From the NCBI GenBank assembly GCA_047967505.1, contig CM106538.1: a stretch of DNA of 64,000 bases. The stretch is one strand, 5' to 3'. The notes beneath the pieces are model-generated. The model worked only from the letters and a program-made list of their open reading frames with translations, did no database searches and was not told where the DNA came from. This stretch comes from Dipteris shenzhenensis (taxonomy: Eukaryota). A program made the translations under genes and the position numbers. Every line of letters starts with the position of its first letter. Within the stretch, counting starts at the first letter, position 1. Below, piece after piece: positions 29,414 to 42,300 of the stretch.

Positions 29414-31355
29414 TGGTATTTAACTTGTGAAGTTAAGGGCCTTCCCTAGTGGGCTTTTGCATATTATTTGGAGGCAAATAAATAAAATTTTTGGAGTCAA
29501 TTGAGAGCTATACACTCAAAACGACTTGAGATTGAGAAGCTTGATTTGAAATTTGACATCAAACAAATGTTAGCCATTCATACTTGCAATTCTTTTTCCA
29601 AATAATACTCATGAAAACACCTTTCTTATAAATTGAAGCTATTCAAATAAATTCTCAAAACTATTCCAAGAATCAATTTTGTACAGATTATGTATCAAGA
29701 AAGAGAACTTTATTAAAGAGGACTTTAATAAATTTGCTAACTTGGCATGGAAACTTTATATCCTAAAATGCAGATAAGAGTCTCAATCTAACACTACATT
29801 AGAAACTATAAAAGGCACTGAGATAAGGCACTAAGATCATGTGCATGCAAAAACTTAGCATTAAAAAGTAGTGTTATTCAATCTAGTAACAGGGGGTATA
29901 TGCAAAATAACATGTACATTCATAAGAAAGTGTATTATATTAGGAGATTTCACACTATTTTTATTTAATCACACTTATAAAAGGAATTTCTAAAATGAGT
30001 TTTAGAAAAGACCAACTATTTAATAATGTTGGATTTGTATAAAGTCCAATTACAAAGTTGAACCATGGAACGTCCAAAGCTAATGAATCCATTGTACAAT
30101 ACTATTTTGTAAGCTCTCCCAAAATAACATACTAACTTTGTAAAACATATAGGACTCTAGGTGAGCATAGCCGAAACATTAGATATCAATCTATAAAAAA
30201 AAACTCTCATTTTGAATGGATAAATCTTATAACAAGATGGAGATTCTCTAGAAAAGGTCCTTATAAACTTTTTTAATATTATAATACACTATTTAAGTAA
30301 ACAAAATTCATATTTAGGAAAAGTGGAATAGGCATGCACGCATGCACACACACAATCATGGACATGCACATCCGCATGCCCACATACCCACATGCATGCG
30401 CATGCATGCACATGTGTGCACGTGCCCGTCATTTTCTTATGTTAAACCACACCATTTAGATATATTTCTATTATGTTTCGTATGATTTATTTCTTATTTA
30501 TGATACTTGTAAATCATACTTGTACAAGAAATGTTTTTCAAATATACTATTTTGTACTTTTGATATTTTAACTATGAGCATGACTACAATTGTTGCACAT
30601 GCGATAGGTTGTGGGGGATCAGGGTAAATTAAGGAATGAAGGGTATCTATTTGCAAACGCAATGCGAGGGAGAGGGGCGGCACACGGGACTCTACACACT
30701 ATCATATGGCATCAAGTATAACTGATCAAATTATAAATGCAATACCTTGAAAAAAAATTATTTTGCATCCCTTGTAGGAGATTGAGAAGCTTGATTTGAA
30801 ATGTGACATTAGACAAATGTTAGCCATTGATACTTGTAATTCTTTTTCCAAAGAATAGTCTTAAAGCCAACTTTCTTGTAAATTAAAGCTATTAATTTCT
30901 CCTTGCCTACTTTGGGGAATTCAAATGAATTTTTCATGAAAAAGTATCCCAAGTTTAGCTGCCTACTTTGGGGAATTCAAATAAATGTTCAAAACTATTC
31001 CAAGAATTAATTTCTTACATATGGATCAAGAAGAGAACTTTATTACAGAGGACCTTTATAAATTTCTTAACTATCGTGAAAACTTTACATCCTAAAATGC
31101 AGATAAGAGACTCAATCCAACACTACATCAGAAACTATAAAAGGCACTGTGATAAGGCACTAAGGTCATGTGCATGCAAAAACTTAGCAATTTTCTAAAT
31201 CATACTCGTACAATAATTTTTTACCAATATACCACTTTGTACTTTTTCCACCTTAACTACTAGCATGACTACAAATGTTGCACATGTAATAGGCTATGGG
31301 GGATTGGTGTAAGATTAAGGTAACATTGGGGGTTGGAGTAAACCTATGCAATAGG

Positions 31356-31498
31356 TGTTGGAATGAGAGGAAGAGAGGAGTGAGACACAAGATTTCTCCT
31401 TGAAGAAGTTGATTGTATTGATATATCAGAGGCATATATACAATTCAGAACTAGATGGAGTTAGGGCGATCTATATATATGTCTAACACCCCCACTTA
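31356..31498 (-). mobile_element. Short LTR (~133 bp) with adjacent polypurine tract; mirror copy at ~44588-44731
   Basis: TGTTGG...CTAACA on +, followed by a C-run and ACTTAAA (PPT on minus). Confidence 0.5.
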
Positions 31499-31741
31499 AA
31501 CTAGGCCCTCTAGCTATCGAATGAAAAAACCCTTGGGGAGTACAAAGGAAAACCAAAGCCACTATATATGTGTGTGTGTGTGTGTGTTGTTAGCCGGAAA
31601 AGAAATCAAGACATGAGGCTAGAGGATAGGTATGGTGATGCTCGAGGGCCATAGAGGAATAGGGAACGTGAGGGGAGGAGCATTAACATGGGTGGGGAGA
31701 AGGAATTAGAAGGGAAGGGAATGAAGAGGGAGACTATGGCA

Positions 31742-33990
31742 GGAGCATCTTGTGCCAATCATGAGATTTCAAGCCATATAAATGCTCTATACCTCTTTTC
31801 TTGCTCTTTCTGAAGGCCCTCTTCAAACACCTCATGCATCCAGTGGGAGTACGAATTGTAGTGATAGCTCGTTTCACCGCCACCATCTCTAGCTTTGATA
31901 ACCTCCACGGCGCACGAGGTAAAAAGACACACCCATTTGGCCTCTCTTTTGGCCAAACTTCATGCATCCTCCTTGTGGTGCGTAGATCCTCCCTTATGCC
32001 TATGGAATCTCGTGTCCCATTCAAATGTTCCCAAATGGTAGATGCCACATTCTTGAAGATATTCATGGGATCAAGCAGGTGATTGATCTTGAGGTGGGAT
32101 CAATATGGTAGTCGATAAAAGATGGAGTATCTAAACAAAAGTTGGTGTTAGCGTGCAATCTTTATTTCCATTCAATGTAGCACATAATAGTTACAAACCC
32201 TTACTGGCTCATGCCAAGTGGTGGAGGAGTCATGGAACCATCCCAAATTCTCATCCAATCTCCTATAGTGAGTGACTGTGGGGGGATTTCATTCCAAGGG
32301 GCCACATATCTAGGATGATCAGGTGGAAGAAATCGATGGTGATTCTCATAGATGACCTTATTCAATGCATCTACTTATGAGGCAACTAGTCAAGGATCAC
32401 AAATAGGACATCCATGGTAACCCGATGTAGTGAGACTTGAATAATAGACGCAATTAAGAGTTCAAGGTGGGTTCAGGGTGCCACATCGATTGCCTACTCA
32501 TAATTAAAAGTTTAATGCTTACCTGAACACTCACCATAGCCTGGGAAGTCAAGCATCGTCCACATCAAGACTGCTTTGTAGTTGAAGTCTCATGATGAGG
32601 GAGGCCTGCTCACATCATGCACCTCGATACCTCTCCAAAGTATCTTTAGCTCATCAATCAAAGGATCCAAATAAACATCAGGATTTTTTACTTTATGTTT
32701 CCCTAGGATTAGAAGGGATAACATAACATGTCCTTTCTTAATTGCCATAGAGGGTGAAAGATTATAATTCACAGATATCACTGGCCATACACTTTAAGAG
32801 GTGCTTTTGAGACCAAATGGGTTCACACCATCCATACCCAATCCAAGTCTCAAGTTCCTAAGTTCTTCCTTGAAGCTTGGCCATGTGTCTTCAATATGCT
32901 TGCATGCAGGAGTGTCTACGGGAGTTCTCCACTTGCCATCAGTTGATCGATGGGAGGAAAGCCATGACATGAGCTCTGCAATGGATTTGCACTCAAACAT
33001 ATGTTGGATGCGAGGCCCGATTATGGGAAAATGTTGTAGAACCTTATGAGGCACATCCAAAGTTTTGAGATATGCTCTATATCTTGCCTCTCCACAAGTA
33101 GGACACTCTCTTGCATCCTTATGTGGTCTATGAAATAGAATGCAATCGTTGACGCATGCATGGATGTGCTTGTAATCTAATCCTCCAAGAGAGGTCACAT
33201 GTTGCCTTACCATATCTCTTAAGGTTGGTAATTTATTCTCCCTTGGAAGAATTTTACACAATAGCTTACACGTGAAGACCATAAATGAGAAAAGGCATTC
33301 AAGTGATTGACCCAATAGCATAATTCACCATGTTTGCAAAATAGACTTTAAAGCTTACTTGAGTAATGCATTCAAACTTGTATTACTCCATCCATACATG
33401 GTTTGCAAGTTTAGTAACCCAAGGGAGGCGCGTAGAACAGAGAATGTGCACCTCTCAAACAGTGGAGTCGATGCTGTAGTAAAAAGATTGTCATCCTGCT
33501 CCATGCTATCATCCCTACCTGAGGATTGATGGACATATAAATCCTACACCATATCATCAAACACCTCCTCCTCCATTGCCTCATGAGGTAATGGTAGACG
33601 GCTACTATCACCATCACTCCATGCATCCATAAAGGTCCCTCTTGAAGATCCCACCTCATATCACCGACGCTTTGCCTCCTCACAACGAGCATAGGGCAAC
33701 ATATGCAGGTGTGGCACTGCATCCTGTATCAAATTAAAAAAATCATATAGCAAACACATGAACATCCATAGGTATCTCAATCAGCTTAACTCTTTAACAC
33801 TTACCATGTCTATGGTTGCATGCCATTCTCTATGCTTTGAGACATGATTGAGTGTAATTCTGCGTGCACGATACATGTTTCCTTGACATCGATCACACAT
33901 ACATTTGATTTTTTGCTCCAACCACATTTCACGATGGTGGATACAGAGGGATTCATCCTCACTAGAGCTACTTGTTGAAGATGAAGACAT
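31742..33990 (-). pseudogene. CACTA TnpD-type transposase (Transposase_21), 3'-truncated copy in the left arm
   Basis: HACVNDCILF..CPTCGEARY, RNLRLGLGMDGVNPF, VNYNLSP..LSLLILG..DVYLDPLIDEL, GLKSHDWHKML. Frameshifts present. Inverted copy of 40070-42296. Confidence 0.9.
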
Positions 33991-34252
33991 CCTATAGATA
34001 AACAATCGAAAAAATGTGTTCTTGCATGAGTTGTATATGTCAAAACTTTGTGTAGCGTCTAAAAGTGTGTCTAACACCACGTCTGTATTGTGGAATGTGT
34101 CTATAGGTGCATCTAAAACACAGTGTAGATGCATTGATAGACGTGCGTTTAGATGTGCTCTTAGATGAGCTTTTAGACATGTGTTTAGATGCACTTTTAG
34201 ATGTGCAGATTGCTAAGCTAATTTTCAAACCTTCTTTTAGTGCGCTTGCTTT

Positions 34253-34630
34253 CACTACAAGGCACATGCCCTTTTCTGATGGAAATACCGACCTTTTTTA
34301 CTCTAAAATTTTTTTTTTGATGGGCATAAAAACATCGCTATTAGCATCGAAAAATAATGGTCGCTATATAGCGACACTAATAAACGTTGCTATATAGCGA
34401 CGATTAATAGAAGCTAAAAGAAGAAATTAGTGGGGCTAAACAGGGCCACAGCAAGCTCTGTTTTGCCCCACTAATGTTTTCTTTAAAGTAATTCAAAAGA
34501 ATGTTGTTTGTTACAAAATTTCCTTTGTGAAAAGGATGATACAAAATCGCTCAAATGAGCTGAGCGATAGAAGCATATACATGTCAAAGATATACAACAT
34601 TGTTTGTTACAAAATTACCCTTTCGAAAGA
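34253..34630. mobile_element. CACTA element terminus (same family as 4588) at the inner end of the left arm
   Basis: CACTACAAGGCACATGCCCTTTTCTGA, then ~370 bp homologous to 4588-5000. Confidence 0.8.
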
Positions 34631-35059
34631 GAGGAGAAAAGAAGAAAAGAGGGGAAAAAAGAGAAAAAGAGAGAAAACATATGCTTATGAAAAGAAGAGA
34701 AAAAAAAATGAAAGAGAGGAAATAAGAGAGGGAAAAAGAAGTGAAAGAAGAGAAAGGAAGAGAGGAAAAGAGAAGGGAAAAAGAGAGGGGAAAGGCATAT
34801 GAGCATAAGCATAGGCAAATGCATATGCTTATGAAAAGAATAGAAGAGAGGATGAAAGAGAGGAAATAAGAGAGAGGAAAAGAAGAGAAGGAAGAGAAAG
34901 GAAGATGAGAAAAGAGAAGGAAAAAAGAGAGGGGAAAAGCATATGAGCATATGAGCATATGCTCATGCATAAGCATAAGCATATGAGCATAAGCATACGC
35001 AAATGCATATGCTTATGAAAGGAAGAGAAAAGAGGATGAAAGAGAGGAAAGAAGAGAAG

Positions 35060-35450
35060 CAAGAGGATCGTTTCTTGAAACTGGTGTCTTGTAAACAACC
35101 ATGGGAAGGGGGACCGTAGAAGAAGGTGTAGCATACATTGGAGATCCTTGCTGGGCTGTTGAAGAAGCAAGGGTATATGGTACTAAAGGAAAGGCCAAAG
35201 AAGGTTGACCCATAAGCACGAGGAAGGAGCAAGAAGGCTCAGTGTTCTTGGCCCGTCGACATTGTTTGGCCATGTGAGAGTACCACCTGAGGGGTGGAGC
35301 TCGAGGGCATATCTTCTTTCCCACCTGTTGTTGCATCTGTGCTAATAGGGTAGTCTCGTTCTTTGTGAACTATTCATCGTTCTTGTAGCATTCCTAGATT
35401 TGCTACTGCTGTTGGGAGATCTTCTCAAGATTTGCACCTCTTTCCTATGA
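35060..35450 (-). mobile_element. Possible retrotransposon gag fragment (degenerate zinc knuckle)
   Basis: Only HMAKQC remains of a CCHC-like motif; heavily decayed. Confidence 0.3.
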
Positions 35451-35499
35451 TCAACTAGAAATTCATCACGATTTCACTAGAATCAACAAGCACATTACC

Positions 35500-36200
35500 A
35501 AAGACCTTAGAGCATCTCATTTGTCCAGATGGTTGAAAACCGAATTGAGTCCTTAGACAAAAAGGTACCTGTTTTCCTAGAGAATCCTTTCCAAATTACG
35601 TAAGGTCTCAAAGACTCCCAAGCTGACCACATACCTTTCTGTAAGTCTAACCCCATTGCTATTTAGATTTCCTTACCATAGAGGTCTGGACCTACCAGAG
35701 GGTGTTTCCAATGCTTGCACCTATTAACCTTGACCTTGCTAATATTTCGGAGGATTAAGTAGGCCCAAATCTTTTCCGGATGTTGCACCACCTTGATGAT
35801 CCATTAAGCCATGAATCTGGCCATAGATTTCTCCACATCTACAATTCCTAGGCCTCCTGTTGCCTTTGGCATTGTGCATGTTTGCCATTTGACTTTAGGA
35901 ACCTTGTGATTGATAGTGTCTCCTCCCCAAAGAAAGGATCTAAATAAGCTATTAATTTGTCTAAGGAATTTTTTAGTTGTGTACAAGCATGAAATGAAAT
36001 AGATGATGGAGGGGTAGATGTAGTGGTTGAGGACAAACTTTTTCTTGCTAGTATTGGTTGTAGCCCTTGCCATTTGTTCACCTTCCATTTGACCCTATCT
36101 AGGACCTAGTCCCATCCATCCTACATGGTGCACCTGAATCCCATAGGGATTCCCAGTAGTATGAATACCTCTCAGTTTTTTTCTCTCTTTATAGCCCTTG
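35500..36200 (-). mobile_element. L1-type LINE ORF2 fragment (post-RT region)
   Basis: FRSFLWGGD..HKVPKVKWQTCTMPKATGGLGIVDV matches the plant LINE FLW..W..C.PK..GGLG motif. Confidence 0.85.
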
Positions 36201-36206
36201 TTATAA

Positions 36207-39066
36207 AGGCCTTCAAAACTAACCACGATAGCTTCCCATCCTTCTTAGGGAAAAAATGATGGAAAGGTATAAAGGAACCTTTTTAGCATCAAAACAAGCA
36301 CGCTTGTCCAATGGAGCTCCACGACAAGGCCCAAGCAAGGGAATCCATGTAAGATGTGTTGAGAGGACCTGCCACACACTTGCAGTCCCACTTGTTATCT
36401 CTTTGTACTTCATCCTCTTTGATTCCCCAAAAGACTCTGTTCACCTCACTGCCACAAAAACCTGGCTCTTAGAAAATTCACCACATCAGCCACACACTTC
36501 AAAGTCCATCCATTTGGTTTTAATTGTTCCATGTGTAAGCTCTCTGTTTATGAAATCTCTAGCTCCGTTATGTTCTCCTTTTCCATGGCCTGAATCTCGA
36601 AGGCTCCATAACATTTCAAGTCGAGTTAGGCTAAAGTTCTTGGCAACAAAGTAGAAAGGATTATTTGTTTTGAATTGGGCTCCACATCTGTCCGACCACA
36701 CCCAATGATGTTTCAATGCAAGACCCTAATGTTTAAGCCACTGGTGATGAAAAGAAAGCAATGTTGCACAAAGAGGGTGTCATGTGTCTTGTCATCTAAA
36801 ATATATAAATGGATACTTTTCCTAACATGGTTTGAACCAGTGCGCACATATGTTATGTGCACTAAGATGGTAACCTGATAAAATTTATCATACCATGGTC
36901 ACAAACACCACAAGCACATGTGCATAGTGTCCCATGGATTCCGAATTGTTTCTTCCGCATATAATTGAATCATTTGCACATGTGAAGCGTAGTAGCAAGT
37001 GTATCGATCCTTCAACTTGCACACAAAGAAGGGCTTCAGGCCCTCAAAGCATCTTTGAGAAATCTTCATATGTGGGTAGCAGTGCTTGAATCTTTAGAAG
37101 AACTCCACCTACCACAAAACAAATATTGGATAGTAGTGTCTCTGGACCACTAAGAATCACTTAATAGTACCTTAGAACTATTTAATAGTACTCCAAACCA
37201 ATTAATAGTGCTTCATTATGACCACTTAATAGTATGTTTTCAATCACATAAAAGCACTTAATAGTACTTTTGGCTTATTAATTAATAGTATTTCATAACC
37301 ACTTAATAGTGCTTCCGGACAACTTAATAGTACTTCTAGACTATCAAGCTTGCATTTCCAATTCAAGGCTTCTAGTTTATGGTCAAATCTTAAACATCAA
37401 CAACGATTTTGTGCTTTGACTTTGCATTGCCATTACTACACAGGAAGTAGGTTCTCCTTTACTCTCTCTTTCAAAAAAGATCTAGTCCAATTTGTGCAAA
37501 GAGAATTTTAGAGACTTGAACATCATTTGTAGTCCACTTTCCATGTTGATCTCCTTCAATTTCTCATATCAAACACATCCAATGGAATGAGATCCACATG
37601 AAAAGTGGATGACAAACAATGTTACATGCCCATTCAAATGATCAGATCCATTGAGAATGCTAATAACTCTAGCCTCCTAACAAACCCATCTTGCTTCTTT
37701 CATCATTTGTAATAATAGGACAAACAAAAGGGCTAGAAAATGACTAGTCATAGTACTTCTAGACCACTTAATAGTAGTAATAACTAGTTAATAGTACTAC
37801 AAAACCACCTAATACTACTTTAAGTCTACTTAAAGCACTCCAAGACCACTTAGAAGCACTAATTTTTACTTTAATAGTGGTTCAGAACAACTGAATAGTG
37901 CTTTAGCACCACTTAGTAGTAGTTTTGTAGCACTTACAAGTACTGCTGTACCACTTAATAGTACTTCAGCACCATTTATTAATATTGCAGAACCACTTAG
38001 TATAACCTCTAGATCACTAAGAAGCACTTATAAGTCCTTTAGTACATTTAAGAATTTCTTATAAACTAGTCAATAGTACCTCTAGAACACTTATGAGTAC
38101 ATATGAACCAATTTCAAGGACCTAAGGGCCATATTGACAAACACATTAAGAAGGATTTATCATGTGTTTGCTAATAATAGTACTTTAAAACCACTTAATA
38201 CTGGTTCAAGACCACTTGATAGTGCTTCAAGAACACTTAATACTACTTTTATAGCACCTAAAAGTACAACTGTACCACTTTTTTGGCACCATTTAATAAT
38301 ACTGCAGAACCACTTAAAAGAACTTCTGGATCACTTAGAAGAAATTATAAGTCCTTTGGTCCTTCTAAGAATTGCTTATAAACCAGTCAATAGTACCTCT
38401 AGAACACGTAAAAGTGCATCTGAACCAATTTGAAGGACCTAATGGCCATATTGACAAACACATTGAGAAGGATATGTTTTGTCAATATGGCCCTTAAGAA
38501 GTCCCCTTTAGGAGCAAGGGCCATATTGGCATACACATGATAAATCCTTGTCAATGTGTTTGTCAATATGGCCCTTGAGTTCCACTAAATTTAAAGTGAT
38601 ACTAAAGTATTTCAAATACTTTCGTGCAACTTGGAAGAACTTCAGTGCCACTTGAAAATACTTAAAGGTACACTTGGAAACACTTCAGTTTCACTTGAAC
38701 GTAATTTTGTGCCATTTACAATTTTGAAGTATTATTAAATGTGCTAAAGTACTGTTAAGTGGTTTTGCAATATTATTAAATGGTGCTAAAGTACTATTAA
38801 GCAGTCCATAGGCTTTTTAAAGTGGTACAGAAGTACTTGTAAGTGCTACAAGAGTACTATTAAGTGGTCTCGCAGCACTATTAAGTGGTCCTAAACCAGT
38901 ATTAAGTGGTTTTGTAGTACTATTATTTGCATAGCTTTTATCTCTTGAAAGTCCACCTAAACGAGCTGTAGAGCTATTAAGAGTATCATTAAAAGTGATT
39001 CAGAGGTATTAAAAACCCCAGCTAAGAGGACTAATTAGTACTTCTGGACCACATAGAAGCACTAAG
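36207..39066 (-). repeat. Inverted copy of 58859-62118 (Sola2-like transposase 3' part plus 21-bp minisatellite), with a ~450-bp deletion and an internal micro-inversion
   Basis: HHWVWSDRCGAQFK...GHGKGEHNGA on minus at 36486-36716. Collinear reverse-complement match; the segment equivalent to ~61001-61448 is missing. Confidence 0.9.
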
Positions 39067-39323
39067 AAAAGAGAGGAAAAGAGAGGAGATAAGAGAGAAA
39101 AAGAGAGGAGAAAAGAGAAGGAAACGCCCTCATGCAATCACTTATTTTCATCATTCATGCAATCCCTTATCTCCTCACGAATGCAATCCCTTTCTTCATT
39201 CATGCAATCCCTTTCCATCATTCATGCAATCACTTATTTCCATCATTCACGCAATCCCCTTCTTGGAAGGGGAAGGGGAAGGGAAAGAGAAGGAAAAGGA
39301 AGGGGAAGGGGAAGGGGAAGAAT

Positions 39324-42300
39324 ACAAAAGAAAAACTATCATAGTGCATCTATAGATGCGTCTAACAGCGCATCTACAGGTGCGGCTATCTATTTTTCAA
39401 AAAAATTAGATGTGTTGCTCGACGTGTCTATAGACGCACTCCAACAGATGCCTTTTTGAAAGAAACTAAGAATAACATGCGCCTGACCCCAAAAAGAACA
39501 ACGCTGATACCAGAAACATCCCTTCCCTACATACGACAAGGACGAATCCAAAGAGAGCAACTTCCAAAGAAGACCAACTGCCAAGAGACTTACCTTGGAT
39601 AGAGGTATGGAAGCTTCTTGTCCTTCTTCAAAGCTACTTCTCTTTCTTCTCTTCCTTGTTCACTCTCTTCTCTTGTATGAGTCTTGTATGCTTGGGGATG
39701 ACTGTGTAAGCCTGTAGATGAGTATGGCTGCATGGAGATAAGTGTGGATGCCTGGAGCTATGTCTGTTAATAGGAAAGCAATCCACGGATGCTAAAAGTA
39801 TGTGAAGGAAAGCAAGCACACTAAAAGTAGGTTAAAAAATTAGCTCAACAATCTGCACGTCTAAAAGCGCATCTAAACACATGTCTAAAAGCCCATCCAA
39901 ATGCACATCTTAATGCACGTCTATCAATGCATCTACACTCTGTTTTACATGCACCTATAGACACATTCCATAGTAAAGACACATGTTAGACATGCTTTTA
40001 GATGCTACATAGAGTTTTGACATTTAGAACTCATGCAAGAACACATTTTTTGGGTTGTTTATCTGTAGGATGTCTTCATCTTCAAGAAGTAGCTCCAGTG
40101 AGGATGAATCCCTCCGTATCCATCATCACGAAATGTGGTTGGAGCAAAAAATCCAATGTATGTGTGATTGATGTCAAGGAAACATGTATCGTGCACACAT
40201 AGTAACACTCAATCACATCTCAAAGTATGGAGAATGGGATGCGACCGTAGACATGGTAAGTGTTAAAGAATTAAGGTTGATTGAGATACCTATTGGTGTT
40301 CATGTGTTTGATATATGAATTTTTTAATTTGATACAGGATGCAGTGCCACACCTGCATATGTTGCCCTATGCTCATCGTGAGGAGGGGAAGCATTGGCGA
40401 TATGATGTGGGATCTTCAAAAGGGACCTTTACGAATGCATGGAGTGATGGTGATAGTAGCCCTCCACCATTACCTCATGAGGCAGTGGAGGAGGAGGTGT
40501 TTGATGATATGGTGCAAGATTTATATGTCCATCAATCCTCAGGTAGGGATGATAGCATGGAGCAGGACGATCTTTTTACTGCAACATCGATTCCACTGTT
40601 TGAGGGGTGCACATTCTCTGTTCTATGTGCCTCCCTTGGGTTACTAAACTTGCAGACCATCTATGGATGGAGCAATGCAAGTTTGAATGCATTACTCAAG
40701 TAAGCTTTAAAGCCTATTTTGCAAACATGGTGAATTATGCTAGTGGGTCAATTACTTGAATGCTTTTTCTCATTTATGGTCTTCACGTGCAAAATATTGT
40801 GTAAAATGCTTGCAAGGGAGAATAAATTCCCAACCTCAAGAGATATGGCAAGGCAACATGTGACCTCTCTTGGAGGATTAGATTACAAGCACATGCATGC
40901 ATGCGTCAACAATTGCATTCTGTTTCGTGGACCACATAAGGATGCAAGAGAGTGTCCTACTTGTGGAGAGGCAAGATATAGAGCATATCTCAAAGCTTTG
41001 GATGTACCTCGTAAGGTTCTACGACATTTTCCCATAATCGGGCCTCGCATCCAACATATGTTCAAGTGCAAATCCATTGCAGAGCTTGACATGTCATGGC
41101 ATTCCTCCCATCAATCAACCGATGGCAAGTGGAGAACTCCTGCAGACATTGCTGCATGGAAGCATATTGAAGACACATGGCCAAGCTCCAAGGAAGAACT
41201 TAGGAACTTGAGACTTGGATTGGGTATGGACGGTGTGAACCCATTTGGTCCCAAAAGCACCTCTTATAGTGTATGGCTAGTGATATTGGTGAATTATAAT
41301 CTTTCCCCCTCTATGGCAATTAAGAAAGAACATATTATTTTATCCCTTCTAATCCCAGGGGAACATAAAGTAAAAAATCTTGATGTTTATTTGGATCCTT
41401 TGATTGATGAGCTAGAGATACTTTGTAGCGGTATCGAGGTGCATGATGTGACTTCAACTACAAAGCAGTCTTGATGTGGATGATGCATGATGTCCCAAGC
41501 TATGGCAAGTGTTCAGGTAAGCATTGAACTTTTAATTATGAGTAGGCAATCGATGTGGCACCCTAAACCCACCTTGAACTCTTAATTTCGGAAATTATTC
41601 AGGTCTCACTACATCAGGTTACCATGGATGTCTTGTTTATGGTCCTTCACTAGTTGCCTCATGGGTAGATGCATTGAATAAGGTCATTTATGAGAATCGC
41701 CATCGATTTCTTCCACCTGATCATCCTAGATATGTGGCCCCTTGGAATGAAATCCCCCCATAGTCACTCACTGCAGGAGACTGGATGAGAATTTAAGATG
41801 GTTCCATGACTCCTCCACCACTTAGCATGAGCCGGTAAGGGTTTGTAACTATTATGTGCTATATTGAATGGAAATAAAGATTGCATGCTAACACCAGCTT
41901 TTGTTTAGATACTCCATCTTTTATCGACTACCATATTGGTCCCACCTCAACATCAATCACCTGCTTGATCCCATGCATATCTTCAAGAATGTGGCATCTA
42001 CCATTTGGGAACATTTGAATGGGACATGAGATTCCATAGGCATAAGGAACGATCTATGCACCACAGGGAGGATGCATGAATTTTGGCCACAAGAGAGGCC
42101 AAATGGGTGTGTCTTTTTACCTCATGCACCATGGAGGTTATCAAAGCTAGAGATGGTGGTGGTGAAACGAGCTATCACTACAATTCGTACTCCCACTGGA
42201 TACATGAGGTGTTTGAAGAGGGCCTTCACAAAGAGCAAGAAAAGAGGTGTAGAGCATTTATATGGCTTGAAATCTCATGATTGGCACAAGATGCTCCAAG

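Noticed and set aside
31560-31564. CACTA pentamer (mirror TAGTG at 44523-44527) as the TnpD element terminus
   Set aside because: It is followed by a TA/TG microsatellite, not a TIR; 44433-44445 fits the En/Spm TIR better.
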